This document shows positions 24,075 through 32,378 of a stretch of DNA of 44,077 nt, in pieces (within the stretch, counting starts at the first letter, position 1; the number at the start of each line of letters is the position of its first letter). The stretch is from an uncultured Candidatus Saccharibacteria bacterium (GTDB lineage Bacteria > Patescibacteriota > Minisyncoccia > Minisyncoccales > 2-12-FULL-40-12). A program made the position numbers and the translations under genes. The notes beneath the pieces are model-generated. The model was not told the DNA's origin. It saw nothing but the letters and a program-made list of their open reading frames with translations, and ran no database searches. The DNA is taken from positions 1-44,077 of the forward strand of contig CAYJRW010000001.1 in the NCBI GenBank assembly GCA_964372865.1, written 5' to 3'.

Positions 24075-24686
24075 CTACCTTGTGCTGTAGAACTCTAAAG
24101 AATTAATAAAATCTCTAAATATTTCCTCGGTTAAGTCAGGGCTATAGGCAAAAGGATAAAACAAGCTAGGGCTGCTTTTGGCAAGACGAATATCAATCGC
24201 TTTGTGTTTTTTATTTCTCCAGCTCGGCTGCTGAGGAAAATCCGGAAATTCTGTTTTTTTGGCGATTTCATATAATACCGCTTCATGGCCATTTACTAAA
24301 ATTTCCTCTCTTTTTAAGACATCTACTGTGTTTAAAGTCAAAAATCTGTCTGATTCAAAATAAGTTATGTAAATTTGAGATTTTTCTCTGATATTATCTC
24401 CTGGGAGCGTAGCGTCGTATATGCTAATGGCTTTGAGTTGAGGAATGTATTCCATTTCAAATTTTACGGGAATGTTGCCGGAAAATCGAAAAGAAGAATT
24501 GAACTCTGAAAAATCTATTCTCTTAAAGTCCGCCGACTCTTCTTCTTGAACCTCGCTTCTTCCCTCTATTTTCTCTTCTGCGGGGCTTGAAACTTTATCT
24601 TTTTTCAAAAATAAAAAATAACCAAGAGCGCCTGAAACAATGATAATGGTTAAGATAACGACAACTTTAACTAATTTATTTAGCAT
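24075..24686 (-). CDS. Hypothetical protein with an N-terminal signal anchor
   Basis: 203 aa with KVVVILTIIIVSGALGYFLFL. I recognise no motif. Confidence 0.6.
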   Translation of the reverse strand: MLNKLVKVVVILTIIIVSGALGYFLFLKKDKVSSPAEEKIEGRSEVQEEESADFKRIDFSEFNSSFRFSGNIPVKFEMEYIPQLKAISIYDATLPGDNIREKSQIYITYFESDRFLTLNTVDVLKREEILVNGHEAVLYEIAKKTEFPDFPQQPSWRNKKHKAIDIRLAKSSPSLFYPFAYSPDLTEEIFRDFINSLEFYSTR

Positions 24687-25452
24687 TTCCTCCTCCGCAT
24701 GTTTTTACTGTTTTAATAAATTCTCTGGCCCTTAAGGAGGCTGCACCCACTAGTACTCCATCCATTTTAGCTTCCTTAATAAATCCACCTATGTTCTTAC
24801 TGTCCACACTTCCCCCATAAATAACTCTTATTCTTTGGCCAAAATTTTTCCCAAACAATTTAACTAAGACTTTTCTTATAAAATTCGCTCCTTCTCTCGC
24901 TTCTTTTGGAGTGGCTATCTTCCTTCCTTTAGTTGTGCTTATTGCCCAGATAGGTTCGTAAGCGATAATCAGATTTTCAGTGTTTGGTTTTTTAATTCCT
25001 AACAGAGCTTTTTCTAATTGGATTTGAATTTTTTTAAATTCTTTTTTTTGGTCTCTATCTTCACTTCCAACGCAAAGAATTGATTTCAAGCCTATATCTA
25101 AAACTGCCCCTAATTTTTTATTGACCATTTCATCGGTTTCATTTAGGTTTCTTCTTCTTTCTGAGTGTCCAATAATTATATACTCCACACCTAAATCTTT
25201 TAACATTGCTGTTGAAATTTCACCAGTAAAGGCGCCTTTTCCCTCCCAGAAACAATCTTGTGAGCCAAATTTAGGGTTTAGGGTATAGGGTTTAGGATTT
25301 AGTAAATAAGGTATATAGACAAATGGCGGGCAGATAACAACTACAACTTTTTTTATATTCCTTACTCCTCTTGCTACCAAATTAAAAAGCAGCTTAGCTT
25401 TAGCCAGGGCTTGAGGATTCATCTTCCAGTTTGCAACGATTAAAGGCTTCAT
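24676..25452 (-). CDS. tpiA: Triosephosphate isomerase
   Basis: 258 aa with ANWKMN, GAFTGEIS, IIGHSERR, YEPIWAI and YGGSV. Confidence 0.94.
   Translation of the reverse strand: MKPLIVANWKMNPQALAKAKLLFNLVARGVRNIKKVVVVICPPFVYIPYLLNPKPYTLNPKFGSQDCFWEGKGAFTGEISTAMLKDLGVEYIIIGHSERRRNLNETDEMVNKKLGAVLDIGLKSILCVGSEDRDQKKEFKKIQIQLEKALLGIKKPNTENLIIAYEPIWAISTTKGRKIATPKEAREGANFIRKVLVKLFGKNFGQRIRVIYGGSVDSKNIGGFIKEAKMDGVLVGAASLRAREFIKTVKTCGGGNAK
25270..25304. repeat. Heptanucleotide tandem tract TTTAGGG-like (5 units) inside tpiA
   Basis: The plus strand reads tttaggg tttaggg tataggg tttagga tttagta. On the minus strand it encodes LNPKPYTLNPK. Confidence 0.8.
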
Positions 25453-26435
25453 CTCTGTTTTCTCAAATATGCGGCGGCTCTCTCTGGCTCAATGGTGGAA
25501 ATTTCCATTCTGGTTCCTATTTCAAAACCGGCCCAGGCGGATGTCTTTGGCAAAATAGTCCAGTGCCAGTGGTAATAAGGGCATGTCCTGCCGTCGCAAG
25601 GCGCAGTATGAAGATAAAAATTGTAAGCAGGGTCTGCCAAAGCCCTGTAAAGCTTCTTTAAGGCTGTCTGAAGAGCTTCGGCCAGATGCCATTTTTCATT
25701 TTCAGTTATATCTTCAAAATAAACCAAGTGTTTTTTAGGAGAGATAATCATTTCAAAAGCGGCTTTTGAAGCAAAGGGGCAGATAACCAAAAAACCCTCG
25801 TTTTCAAAAACTACTCTTTTTTTGACTTTCCGCTCCCAGCTATTCATTTCGCAATAAATACACTTTCCAGTTTTTAAAAAATATCTCCCGGAATTTGTGA
25901 GGGCTTTTCTTAAATCGGTGTCAACCAGAGGAGTGGTGATGATTTGAGAGTGGGGGTGGGAAATTGAGGCGCCTGCTTCTTTTCCGTGATTGTGAAAAAT
26001 GGAGACATAATGCACGAACTTTTCTTTTATCAACTGCAAGTATCTTTGATGATATGCGTCCATCACTTCTTTTACTTTTGCTGTGGAAAATTGAGCCAGT
26101 GATTTTTTGTGGTCGCGGGTCACCACCACTTCGTGAAAACCTACGGCGTTTATCGTCTGGTAAAATCTGCCTTCAACTCTTTTGTGTAATTCGTCATGAG
26201 GGGTGAAAGCAGGGTATTTGTTTGGCATAACAATGGTATTTGGCAAGACAAGGGTCGGTTTTTCACCTGTACCGAGGTTGCAAAAAGGGCAATCTTTTTT
26301 GGGAATCTCCTCTCTTATCCTTTTTTCTTGTTTGAAGGTTTCGGGACGTCTTGCGCGACCCGTCGCAATAACAACCCAATCTTTGGAAATGAGGTCAAAA
26401 CGAAGCTCTGAAGGAAATTTTATTTTTTTAGTCAT
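25449..26435 (-). CDS. galT: Galactose-1-phosphate uridylyltransferase (HIT superfamily)
   Basis: 328 aa with the CPFC zinc site and HPHSQII. It has a 4 nt overlap with tpiA. Confidence 0.85.
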   Translation of the reverse strand: MTKKIKFPSELRFDLISKDWVVIATGRARRPETFKQEKRIREEIPKKDCPFCNLGTGEKPTLVLPNTIVMPNKYPAFTPHDELHKRVEGRFYQTINAVGFHEVVVTRDHKKSLAQFSTAKVKEVMDAYHQRYLQLIKEKFVHYVSIFHNHGKEAGASISHPHSQIITTPLVDTDLRKALTNSGRYFLKTGKCIYCEMNSWERKVKKRVVFENEGFLVICPFASKAAFEMIISPKKHLVYFEDITENEKWHLAEALQTALKKLYRALADPAYNFYLHTAPCDGRTCPYYHWHWTILPKTSAWAGFEIGTRMEISTIEPERAAAYLRKQR

Positions 26436-26453
26436 ACAGCAAGTTTTAATTTA

Positions 26454-27200
26454 TTAAAACGAAGCTCTTGATGAAACTTTAGCTTCGTCATACTTTTTTT
26501 TAATGAAATTCAGCTTAATCTTGATTAAATCAAGAGCCATTTTAGTCATTGAGTCAAATTGAACCTTGCTGTCTGGGTCATTTTTCCAGTGAACCGGAAT
26601 TTCTTTTATTTTACAGCCAAATTTTTTTCCCAGCAACAGGATTTCCGGGTCAAAAGCGAATTGATTGATTTTGGCTTTCGGAAAAATATCTTGAGCCGCT
26701 TTTGCTGAAAAAGCTTTGAAGCCGCATTGAGTGTCTTGAATTTCCCAAAGGCCAATAATTATTTTTCTATATATTTTGAAAAAAAATCCAACCAATCTTC
26801 TGAACCAGGATTGCCTCGGGTCCAGAACAGCTCCTTTTATGTCTCTTGAACCAATAACTATGTCGTATCCATTTTCAAACTCAGGCCACATTTTTTCAAC
26901 CTGCTCAACTGAAGTTGAATTATCGGCATCGGTAAAAATTCTGAAGTCGCCCTGAGCAGAAAGCATTCCTTCTTTTACAGCATGGCCTTTTCCAAGCCCA
27001 TCAATCTCAATTAATTTCAAATTCTTAATTTCTCTTTGCTTTTCTTTAACAATTTCTCTAGTTCTGTCTTTTGACCCCCCGTCAACAACAATAATTTCTG
27101 ATTCATAAGCCTGCTTTTTTAAATAATTATCAACATCTTCCAAAGTTCTTAGAATCCTCTTTTCCTCATTGTAAGCAGGAATAATGACTGAGAAATGCAT
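26454..27200 (-). CDS. Family 2 glycosyltransferase (polyprenol-phosphate hexosyltransferase-like)
   Basis: 248 aa with SVIIPAYNEE, VVDGGSKDRT, TDADNS and QCGFKAF. Confidence 0.85.
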   Translation of the reverse strand: MHFSVIIPAYNEEKRILRTLEDVDNYLKKQAYESEIIVVDGGSKDRTREIVKEKQREIKNLKLIEIDGLGKGHAVKEGMLSAQGDFRIFTDADNSTSVEQVEKMWPEFENGYDIVIGSRDIKGAVLDPRQSWFRRLVGFFFKIYRKIIIGLWEIQDTQCGFKAFSAKAAQDIFPKAKINQFAFDPEILLLGKKFGCKIKEIPVHWKNDPDSKVQFDSMTKMALDLIKIKLNFIKKKYDEAKVSSRASF

Positions 27201-27205
27201 AAAGA

Positions 27206-27964
27206 TTATCTTAACTCTGTTAAAAGTTTTGGCCCTTCTTTTGTGACGGCTACCATGTTTTCAAAGTGGGCAGAGAGTAAACCGTCAGCAGTAGCAAAAC
27301 AATGGTTGTCTGTTTTTTTTAGTTTCCAGTCCCCTGCCGTTACCATCGGTTCTATGCAAAAAACCATACCTTCTCTGATTTTTTCTCCTGTATGTCTTTT
27401 TCCGTAATTTAATACTTTGGGGTCTTCATGCAGTTCTCTGCCTATGCCATGGCCGCACAAGTCCCTGACCACATTAAATCCCTGACCCTCAACGTATCTT
27501 TGAATTGTGTTGCCAATGTCGCCAAAAGTATTGCCTGCTTTGGCTTTTTTAATGCCCCTTTTTAATGCCTTTTTGGTAATCCTGAGCAATCTTTGAGCTT
27601 CAGCAGAAATTTTACCAACGGGCAGGGTAATTGCCATATCTGTATGGAACCCCTTCCATAAAATTCCTAAATCAAGAGAAACAATGTTGCCTTCTTTTAA
27701 AATTTTGTTTGACGGAACGCAGTGGACAATTTCTTCATTGATAGAGACGCAAACGCAGGAAGGAAACCCCTGATAACCTTTGAAATTGCATTTTGCGCCA
27801 GAAACCGCAATTAGTTCTTCAGCAAAATTCTCCAAATCTTTGGTGGTAAGGCCAGGCCTGACTTTAGAGGCCAGCTCTTTCATAATTCCAGAGAGAATCT
27901 TTCCTCCTTCAGCCATTATCTTAATTTCCTCAGGGGTTTTAATGTTAATCACAACCTCACGCAT
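27206..27964 (-). CDS. map: Type I methionine aminopeptidase
   Basis: 252 aa with VHCVP, SLDLG, GHGIG, FCIEP and the acidic metal ligands. Confidence 0.94.
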   Translation of the reverse strand: MREVVINIKTPEEIKIMAEGGKILSGIMKELASKVRPGLTTKDLENFAEELIAVSGAKCNFKGYQGFPSCVCVSINEEIVHCVPSNKILKEGNIVSLDLGILWKGFHTDMAITLPVGKISAEAQRLLRITKKALKRGIKKAKAGNTFGDIGNTIQRYVEGQGFNVVRDLCGHGIGRELHEDPKVLNYGKRHTGEKIREGMVFCIEPMVTAGDWKLKKTDNHCFATADGLLSAHFENMVAVTKEGPKLLTELR

Positions 27965-27982
27965 AATTCTGCGATGGCTAAA

Positions 27983-28717
27983 TTATATGTAATGTTTGTT
28001 CGGAGGTTTTCGGGGTTTTAGAGTTTTGAGAATGTTTTTGAAAACAATGGCTGGAGGCGGAGAGCCTTTTATCTTCACAACTTTTAACCCTCGTTTTTGA
28101 AAATAATCAATCAAGGGTAATGTTCTTTCTTTGTATTCTCGCAGTCTGACTTTTATTGTCTCTGGGTTGTCAAGACCCTTTCTTTTTACCAATTTTGAGC
28201 CGTCCAAGGGGCACTTTGTCAATTTTGCGTTCTCTTGCGAATATAAAATTGGGTGGCGCATCAGCTCACAAATTCTACGGTGAGAATTTCTGAAAAGTGT
28301 CTCTTTTGGGGTAATTTCAAGCAAAACAACCCTGATGTTTTTTACCCCATACATTTTTTCCAAAAGAGGTATCTCCTTCTCCGCCTCATCGAGAGTTCTT
28401 GGCGAGCCAGCCAAGACAATGCCTTTACCCTCCTTATATAACACCTTGATTCTTTCTTTTAGCAGAAAAGCCACAAAAGGTGGCGACATTAAAAAACCAG
28501 TACTCCATAGCTTTCTTTCATCTTCCAAAAAATATTTTTTCCCTCCAACCTCAACAAATTCGCCTTTTTTGGCTTCTTGAAATGTTTCTTCCAAAAACTT
28601 ACTTGTTTCTAAATAGTGTAGGCCGAGTTTCTCAGCCAACAGGTTTGCTTGACTTCCCTTTCCTGATCCCGGCGGCCCAATAATAATTATCACTTTTTGT
28701 CCACTAGAATGTTTCAT
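27983..28717 (-). CDS. adk: Adenylate kinase (Cys-less lid, basic C-terminal extension)
   Basis: 244 aa with the GPPGSGKGSQ P-loop. The C-terminus is KTLKPRKPPNKHYI. Confidence 0.9.
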   Translation of the reverse strand: MKHSSGQKVIIIIGPPGSGKGSQANLLAEKLGLHYLETSKFLEETFQEAKKGEFVEVGGKKYFLEDERKLWSTGFLMSPPFVAFLLKERIKVLYKEGKGIVLAGSPRTLDEAEKEIPLLEKMYGVKNIRVVLLEITPKETLFRNSHRRICELMRHPILYSQENAKLTKCPLDGSKLVKRKGLDNPETIKVRLREYKERTLPLIDYFQKRGLKVVKIKGSPPPAIVFKNILKTLKPRKPPNKHYI

Positions 28718-29981
28718 ATTCTCTCATCTGCAATTGCGCTTTTACCTGGCGCATTGTTTCCAAAACCACTGAAACGACAATCAGTAAAGATGTCCCGCCT
28801 ATTAAAAACTGAAACACTTGCACTCCAGTAATTCCTCCGACAAGCGAAGGCATAACTGCAATAATTCCCAGGAATATTGCTCCGACCAGCAAAACCCTGT
28901 TCAAAATAAAATTCATAAAATTTGCCGTTGATTCGCCGGGTCTTATTCCCGGAATAAACCCGCCCATTTTTTGCAAATTGCTGGAGATGGCTTTGGGGTC
29001 AAATGTGACAGCTGTATAAAAATAGGTGAAAAGAACTACTAAAAGAAAAAAGAAAGAGCCGTAAAACCAAGGGTTTTCAAATGCCCTGACCACGTTTCGA
29101 GCGATTGAACCTAAAATCCCGTCGGCCTCCCCCAAAAAATTAGCAAGAAGGGAGGGTAAAAGTATGATTGACAGAGCAAAAATTATTGGAATGACTCCGG
29201 CCGGGTTAACGTTTAGGGGCAGATAAGTTGAAACGCCGCCGTACATTTTCATGCCTCTCACTCTCTTGGCGTAAGAAACGGGAATATTTCGTCTGCCCTC
29301 GTTTATAATCACAACTCCTGCAATAATCACCAGGGCCATGGCAAAAAACAGCAGATAAGTAGGGATCTGAGCCGGATCCCGAGCAACAATCAGCTGCCGG
29401 ATACCTGCTGGAACGCCGGCAACAATACCTGCAAAAATCAGCAAAGAAACGCCGTTGCCGATTCCTTTTTCTGAAATTAATTCCCCAAGCCACATCAAAA
29501 ACACACAGCCGGCTGTAATGGTGATAATTGATACTATGAGCAATTCCGGGGAAAGAGCTGAAATAGCCCCTTGTCTCTGAAGCAAGTTAAGCATCGCGTA
29601 TCCTTGGAGCATGGCAAAAGGAACAGTCAGTATTCTTCCGTATTGATTGAATTTCTGCCTGCCCTGCTCACCTTCTTCTTTGTAAAGCCGGTTTAAGGCG
29701 GGGAAAATCAGGGTCAAAAGCTGCATAATAATCACTCCCGTAATATAGGGACCCAGGCCCAACATAACAATGGAAAGGTTTTCAAGAGTACCGCCTGTAA
29801 AAACATTTAAAAGTCCAAAGAGCTGAAACTGGGCAAAGAAAGCTTGCAGGTCGCCAATATCTATTCCTGGTATGGGAATATTCGCCATTATTCTGAAAAC
29901 GACAAAAACGCCCAAGACAAACAGGATTTTGTTTCGCAGGTCTTTAATCTTGAATATTTGGATGAGTTTTTCTGGCCACAT
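28704..29981 (-). CDS. secY: Protein translocase subunit SecY
   Basis: 425 aa with KDLRNKILFVLGVFVVFRIMANIPIPG and ten hydrophobic segments. Confidence 0.96.
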   Translation of the reverse strand: MWPEKLIQIFKIKDLRNKILFVLGVFVVFRIMANIPIPGIDIGDLQAFFAQFQLFGLLNVFTGGTLENLSIVMLGLGPYITGVIIMQLLTLIFPALNRLYKEEGEQGRQKFNQYGRILTVPFAMLQGYAMLNLLQRQGAISALSPELLIVSIITITAGCVFLMWLGELISEKGIGNGVSLLIFAGIVAGVPAGIRQLIVARDPAQIPTYLLFFAMALVIIAGVVIINEGRRNIPVSYAKRVRGMKMYGGVSTYLPLNVNPAGVIPIIFALSIILLPSLLANFLGEADGILGSIARNVVRAFENPWFYGSFFFLLVVLFTYFYTAVTFDPKAISSNLQKMGGFIPGIRPGESTANFMNFILNRVLLVGAIFLGIIAVMPSLVGGITGVQVFQFLIGGTSLLIVVSVVLETMRQVKAQLQMREYETF

Positions 29982-30192
29982 ACTTTTGCTTCTTTTGCTT
30001 TGCTTTGAATCTGTACCCTCTTAATTTAGGATACCTTTTTATTAATTCCCTGACAATCGGTTTTAATTTTCTGCCTGCTCTGGAACGTTGCCCCTTTTGT
30101 CCCCGGCCAGAATAGGTGCCGCGCTTTCCTCCGCGGCCCACCCTTTTCCTTTTTTTGGATTTATGAATCGGTTTAAGTTCGTGTAATTGCAT
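29944..30192 (-). CDS. rplO: 50S ribosomal protein L15, N-terminal half only (82 aa)
   Basis: The ORF is trimmed to MQLHELKPIHKSKKRKRVGRGGKRGTYSGRGQKGQRSRAG. Its stop lies 38 nt inside secY. Confidence 0.85.
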   Translation of the reverse strand: MQLHELKPIHKSKKRKRVGRGGKRGTYSGRGQKGQRSRAGRKLKPIVRELIKRYPKLRGYRFKAKQKKQKYVARKTHPNIQD

Positions 30193-30200
30193 GTTATTAA

Positions 30201-30228
30201 AATTCGAAGTTTGAATATCGAAATTCGA
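30201..30228. repeat. Heptanucleotide tract AATTCGA-like (4 units) just upstream of the rplO start
   Basis: The plus strand reads aattcga agtttga atatcga aattcga. Confidence 0.7.
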
Positions 30229-30270
30229 AACACAATAAATTTCTATGAATTTCAATAAGTTTCTGAAAGT

Positions 30271-30300
30271 AATAGAAACTATTAGAAACTTGTAGAAACT
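30271..30300. repeat. Three phased 10-nt direct repeats containing TAGAAACT
   Basis: The repeats are aatagaaact attagaaact tgtagaaact. The last unit overlaps the rpsE stop codon. Confidence 0.8.
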
Positions 30301-30796
30301 ATTTGTTTAGGATTTCGGATTTCGTGTTTCGGATTTTAAGGCTCTCTAGAGCCTTGATGGTGGCTCTGGCATTATTCAATTTATTACCTGTTCTGCCCAA
30401 AATTTTAGACGAAATATTTTTTATCCCTGCCAAAGCGCAGATAACTCTAACCGTGCCGCCAGCTTTCAAACCTCTGCCTTTTTTTCTTGGTTTTAACAAC
30501 ACGCGGGCTGAGGAAAATTTTGCCATAACTTCATGGAGAATTGTGCCTTCGACAATGGGAACTTCTGTTAAATTTTTCTTTGCCAAGCGAGTAGCTTTAT
30601 CAATTGCTTGAGCCACATCAAGCCCTTTTGCCACTCCCACGCCAACTTTCCCTGCCTTGTTGCCAACGACAAGTACTGCACGAAATCTAAAACGCCTGCC
30701 GCCAGCAGCAACCCTGGTAACCCGTGCCAAGTCAAGCAGTTTTGATTCAAACTCCTCTTTTGGTTTCTCAAATTTTATTGGTTTTTCTCTTACCAT
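30299..30796 (-). CDS. rpsE: 30S ribosomal protein S5
   Basis: 165 aa: RVTRVAAGGRRFRFRAVLVVGN...GTILHEV...LKPRKKGRGLKAGG. Confidence 0.96.
   Translation of the reverse strand: MVREKPIKFEKPKEEFESKLLDLARVTRVAAGGRRFRFRAVLVVGNKAGKVGVGVAKGLDVAQAIDKATRLAKKNLTEVPIVEGTILHEVMAKFSSARVLLKPRKKGRGLKAGGTVRVICALAGIKNISSKILGRTGNKLNNARATIKALESLKIRNTKSEILNK
30310..30337. repeat. Heptanucleotide tract GGATTTC-like (4 units) in the last codons of rpsE
   Basis: The plus strand reads ggatttc ggatttc gtgtttc ggatttt. It is the inverted counterpart of the tract at 30201-30228. Confidence 0.7.
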
Positions 30797-30800
30797 AAAA

Positions 30801-30879
30801 ATCGATGCTAATATACGAATTGATACTAATGATACTAATATTCGTATAATTCGTATGCATTAGTATATTGGTATCGCGG
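30801..30879 (+). repeat. Miniature TIR-bounded AT-rich repeat element, copy A (79 nt), filling the rplR-rpsE spacer
   Basis: Left end atcgatgctaatatacgaattgat and right end agtatattggtatcgcgg. The 14-nt TIRs cgatgctaatatac and gtatattggtatcg match 12/14. The interior has a 9-nt periodicity (tgatactaa tgatactaa tattcgtat aattcgtat). It is homologous to 34478-34598 in the opposite orientation. Confidence 0.8.
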
Positions 30880-31230
30880 CTAAAATTTAAGTCCTCCTTC
30901 TCTCGCTCCTTCAGCTAAAGCTCTAACCCTTCCGTGGTATTGATAGCCACCTCTGTCAAACACAACTTTTTCAATCTTTTTCTCAAGAGCCTTTTTGGCA
31001 ATTAATTTGCCGACCTCCTTAGCTCTATCTATTTTTTTTTGCCCTTTTTTTCTTTTCAATTCTCTGTCGCTTGCTGAAAGCAAAGTTTTACCCTTCTCAT
31101 CGTCAATCACTTGGGCATAAATGTGGAGGCCTGAGCGAAAAACACCTAGCCGCGGAACTTTGGCGTTGCCGAAAATCTTTGCTCTTACTCTTTTGTGGCG
31201 TCTATATCGTTTTGTTTGGGTTTCTTTCAT
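30880..31230 (-). CDS. rplR: 50S ribosomal protein L18
   Basis: 116 aa: [10 protein letters not shown]...[19 protein letters not shown]...[27 protein letters not shown]. Confidence 0.96.
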   Translation of the reverse strand: MKETQTKRYRRHKRVRAKIFGNAKVPRLGVFRSGLHIYAQVIDDEKGKTLLSASDRELKRKKGQKKIDRAKEVGKLIAKKALEKKIEKVVFDRGGYQYHGRVRALAEGAREGGLKF

Positions 31231-31247
31231 GCCTGTGTTTTGTGTTT

Positions 31248-31793
31248 TTACTTAGTTGTTGCCACTACTTTTTTCCCGACTTTTCTTCTAATCTGCTCGC
31301 CTAAATACTTGATTCCTTTGCCTTTATAGGGTTCGGGTTTCTTTACTTTTCTTATATTGGCTGCTGTCTGGCCGACCAGTTCTTTGTCTGCTCCAAAAAC
31401 AGTTATAATGTTTTTTTCAACTGAAAATCTGATGCCTTCTGGCGCCTGAAGTTTCACGGGGTGGGAAAAACCAACGTTCAGCAAGATAGAATCACCTTCT
31501 AATAGTGCCTTAAAACCCAAACCCTCTATCTCCAGCTTTTTCTCAAAACCCTCGGTTACTCCCTTTATCATATTCGCCACCAGGACGCGGGTTAAACCCC
31601 AAAGAGAGTTGGTTTTTTTTGTTTCCAACTGAGGCAAAACAAAAATCTCATTATCTTTCACTTCAACTTTAAGCTCTGGCCGAACTTCCCTTGATAATTC
31701 GCCTCTTGGACCATTAATAATTACTTTCTGGCCGTCAATTTTCACTTCAACTCCTTGCGGTATTTCAATTGGTTTTTTACCGACTCTTGACAT
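31248..31793 (-). CDS. rplF: 50S ribosomal protein L6
   Basis: The ORF is trimmed to [15 protein letters not shown] (181 aa). Confidence 0.95.
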   Translation of the reverse strand: MSRVGKKPIEIPQGVEVKIDGQKVIINGPRGELSREVRPELKVEVKDNEIFVLPQLETKKTNSLWGLTRVLVANMIKGVTEGFEKKLEIEGLGFKALLEGDSILLNVGFSHPVKLQAPEGIRFSVEKNIITVFGADKELVGQTAANIRKVKKPEPYKGKGIKYLGEQIRRKVGKKVVATTK

Positions 31794-31797
31794 AAAT

Positions 31798-32187
31798 TTA
31801 CCAAACTTCACATATTATCTCGCCGCCAAGTTTTTGTTTTCTCGCCTCTTTGTCTGTCATTAATCCTTTTGATGTGGAAATTATCGCTACGCCAAACCCA
31901 GATTTCACCGGTTTTATTTCTTTAAATCTTTTGTAAATTCTCTGGCCGGGCTTTGATATTCTTTTTAATCCGGAAATAGCTGGACTTTTATCCTCAGCGT
32001 ACTTTAAGTTAATCCTTATTGCTCTCTTTATCTTTCTTCCCTCTTTCTCAACTTTACCAATAAAACCCTTCTTTTCCATAATTTTGGAAATATCATACTT
32101 TAAACTGGAAAAAGGAATATCAACGGTTTCTTTTCGAACCTGCTGGGCGTTTCTTATTGAAGTTAGCATATCTGCTATTGGGTCCAT
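31798..32187 (-). CDS. rpsH: 30S ribosomal protein S8
   Basis: 129 aa: DPIADMLTSIRNAQ...GGEIICEVW. Confidence 0.96.
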   Translation of the reverse strand: MDPIADMLTSIRNAQQVRKETVDIPFSSLKYDISKIMEKKGFIGKVEKEGRKIKRAIRINLKYAEDKSPAISGLKRISKPGQRIYKRFKEIKPVKSGFGVAIISTSKGLMTDKEARKQKLGGEIICEVW

Positions 32188-32191
32188 AAAT

Positions 32192-32377
32192 TTACCAACT
32201 TGATTTTTTAATTCCGGGTATCAAGCCCTGATTTGCCATTTCCCTGAAGCAAATGCGGCACAACCCGAATTTTCTCATAAAACCGCGTTTTCTGCCGCAG
32301 CGAAAACAACGTCTGACTATGCGACTTTTATATTTTGGTTTCTTTTTTGATTTGGCAATTTGCGCTTTCGTGGCCAT
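32192..32377 (-). CDS. rpsN: 30S ribosomal protein S14 type Z (zinc)
   Basis: The ORF is trimmed to [17 protein letters not shown] (61 aa). The motif is CFRCGR...CRIC. Confidence 0.94.
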   Translation of the reverse strand: MATKAQIAKSKKKPKYKSRIVRRCFRCGRKRGFMRKFGLCRICFREMANQGLIPGIKKSSW

Positions 32378-32378
32378 A

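Noticed and set aside
25270-25304. A true telomeric repeat or linear-replicon end, suggested by TTTAGGG x2.
   Set aside because: The tract is internal to an intact tpiA reading frame in the middle of a gene-dense region. It cannot be a chromosome end.
30193-30298. A hidden L30 (rpmD) gene between rpsE and rplO.
   Set aside because: The spacer is 106 nt, repeat-filled and has no ORF. It cannot encode a protein of about 60 aa. I conclude the gene is absent here.
30241-30879. Possible CRISPR array, suggested by the regularly spaced short repeats (TAGAAACT x3 and the 9-mer array in copy A).
   Set aside because: The repeat units are 7-10 nt with no spacers of 25-40 nt, and no cas genes are present. 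This is not CRISPR architecture.
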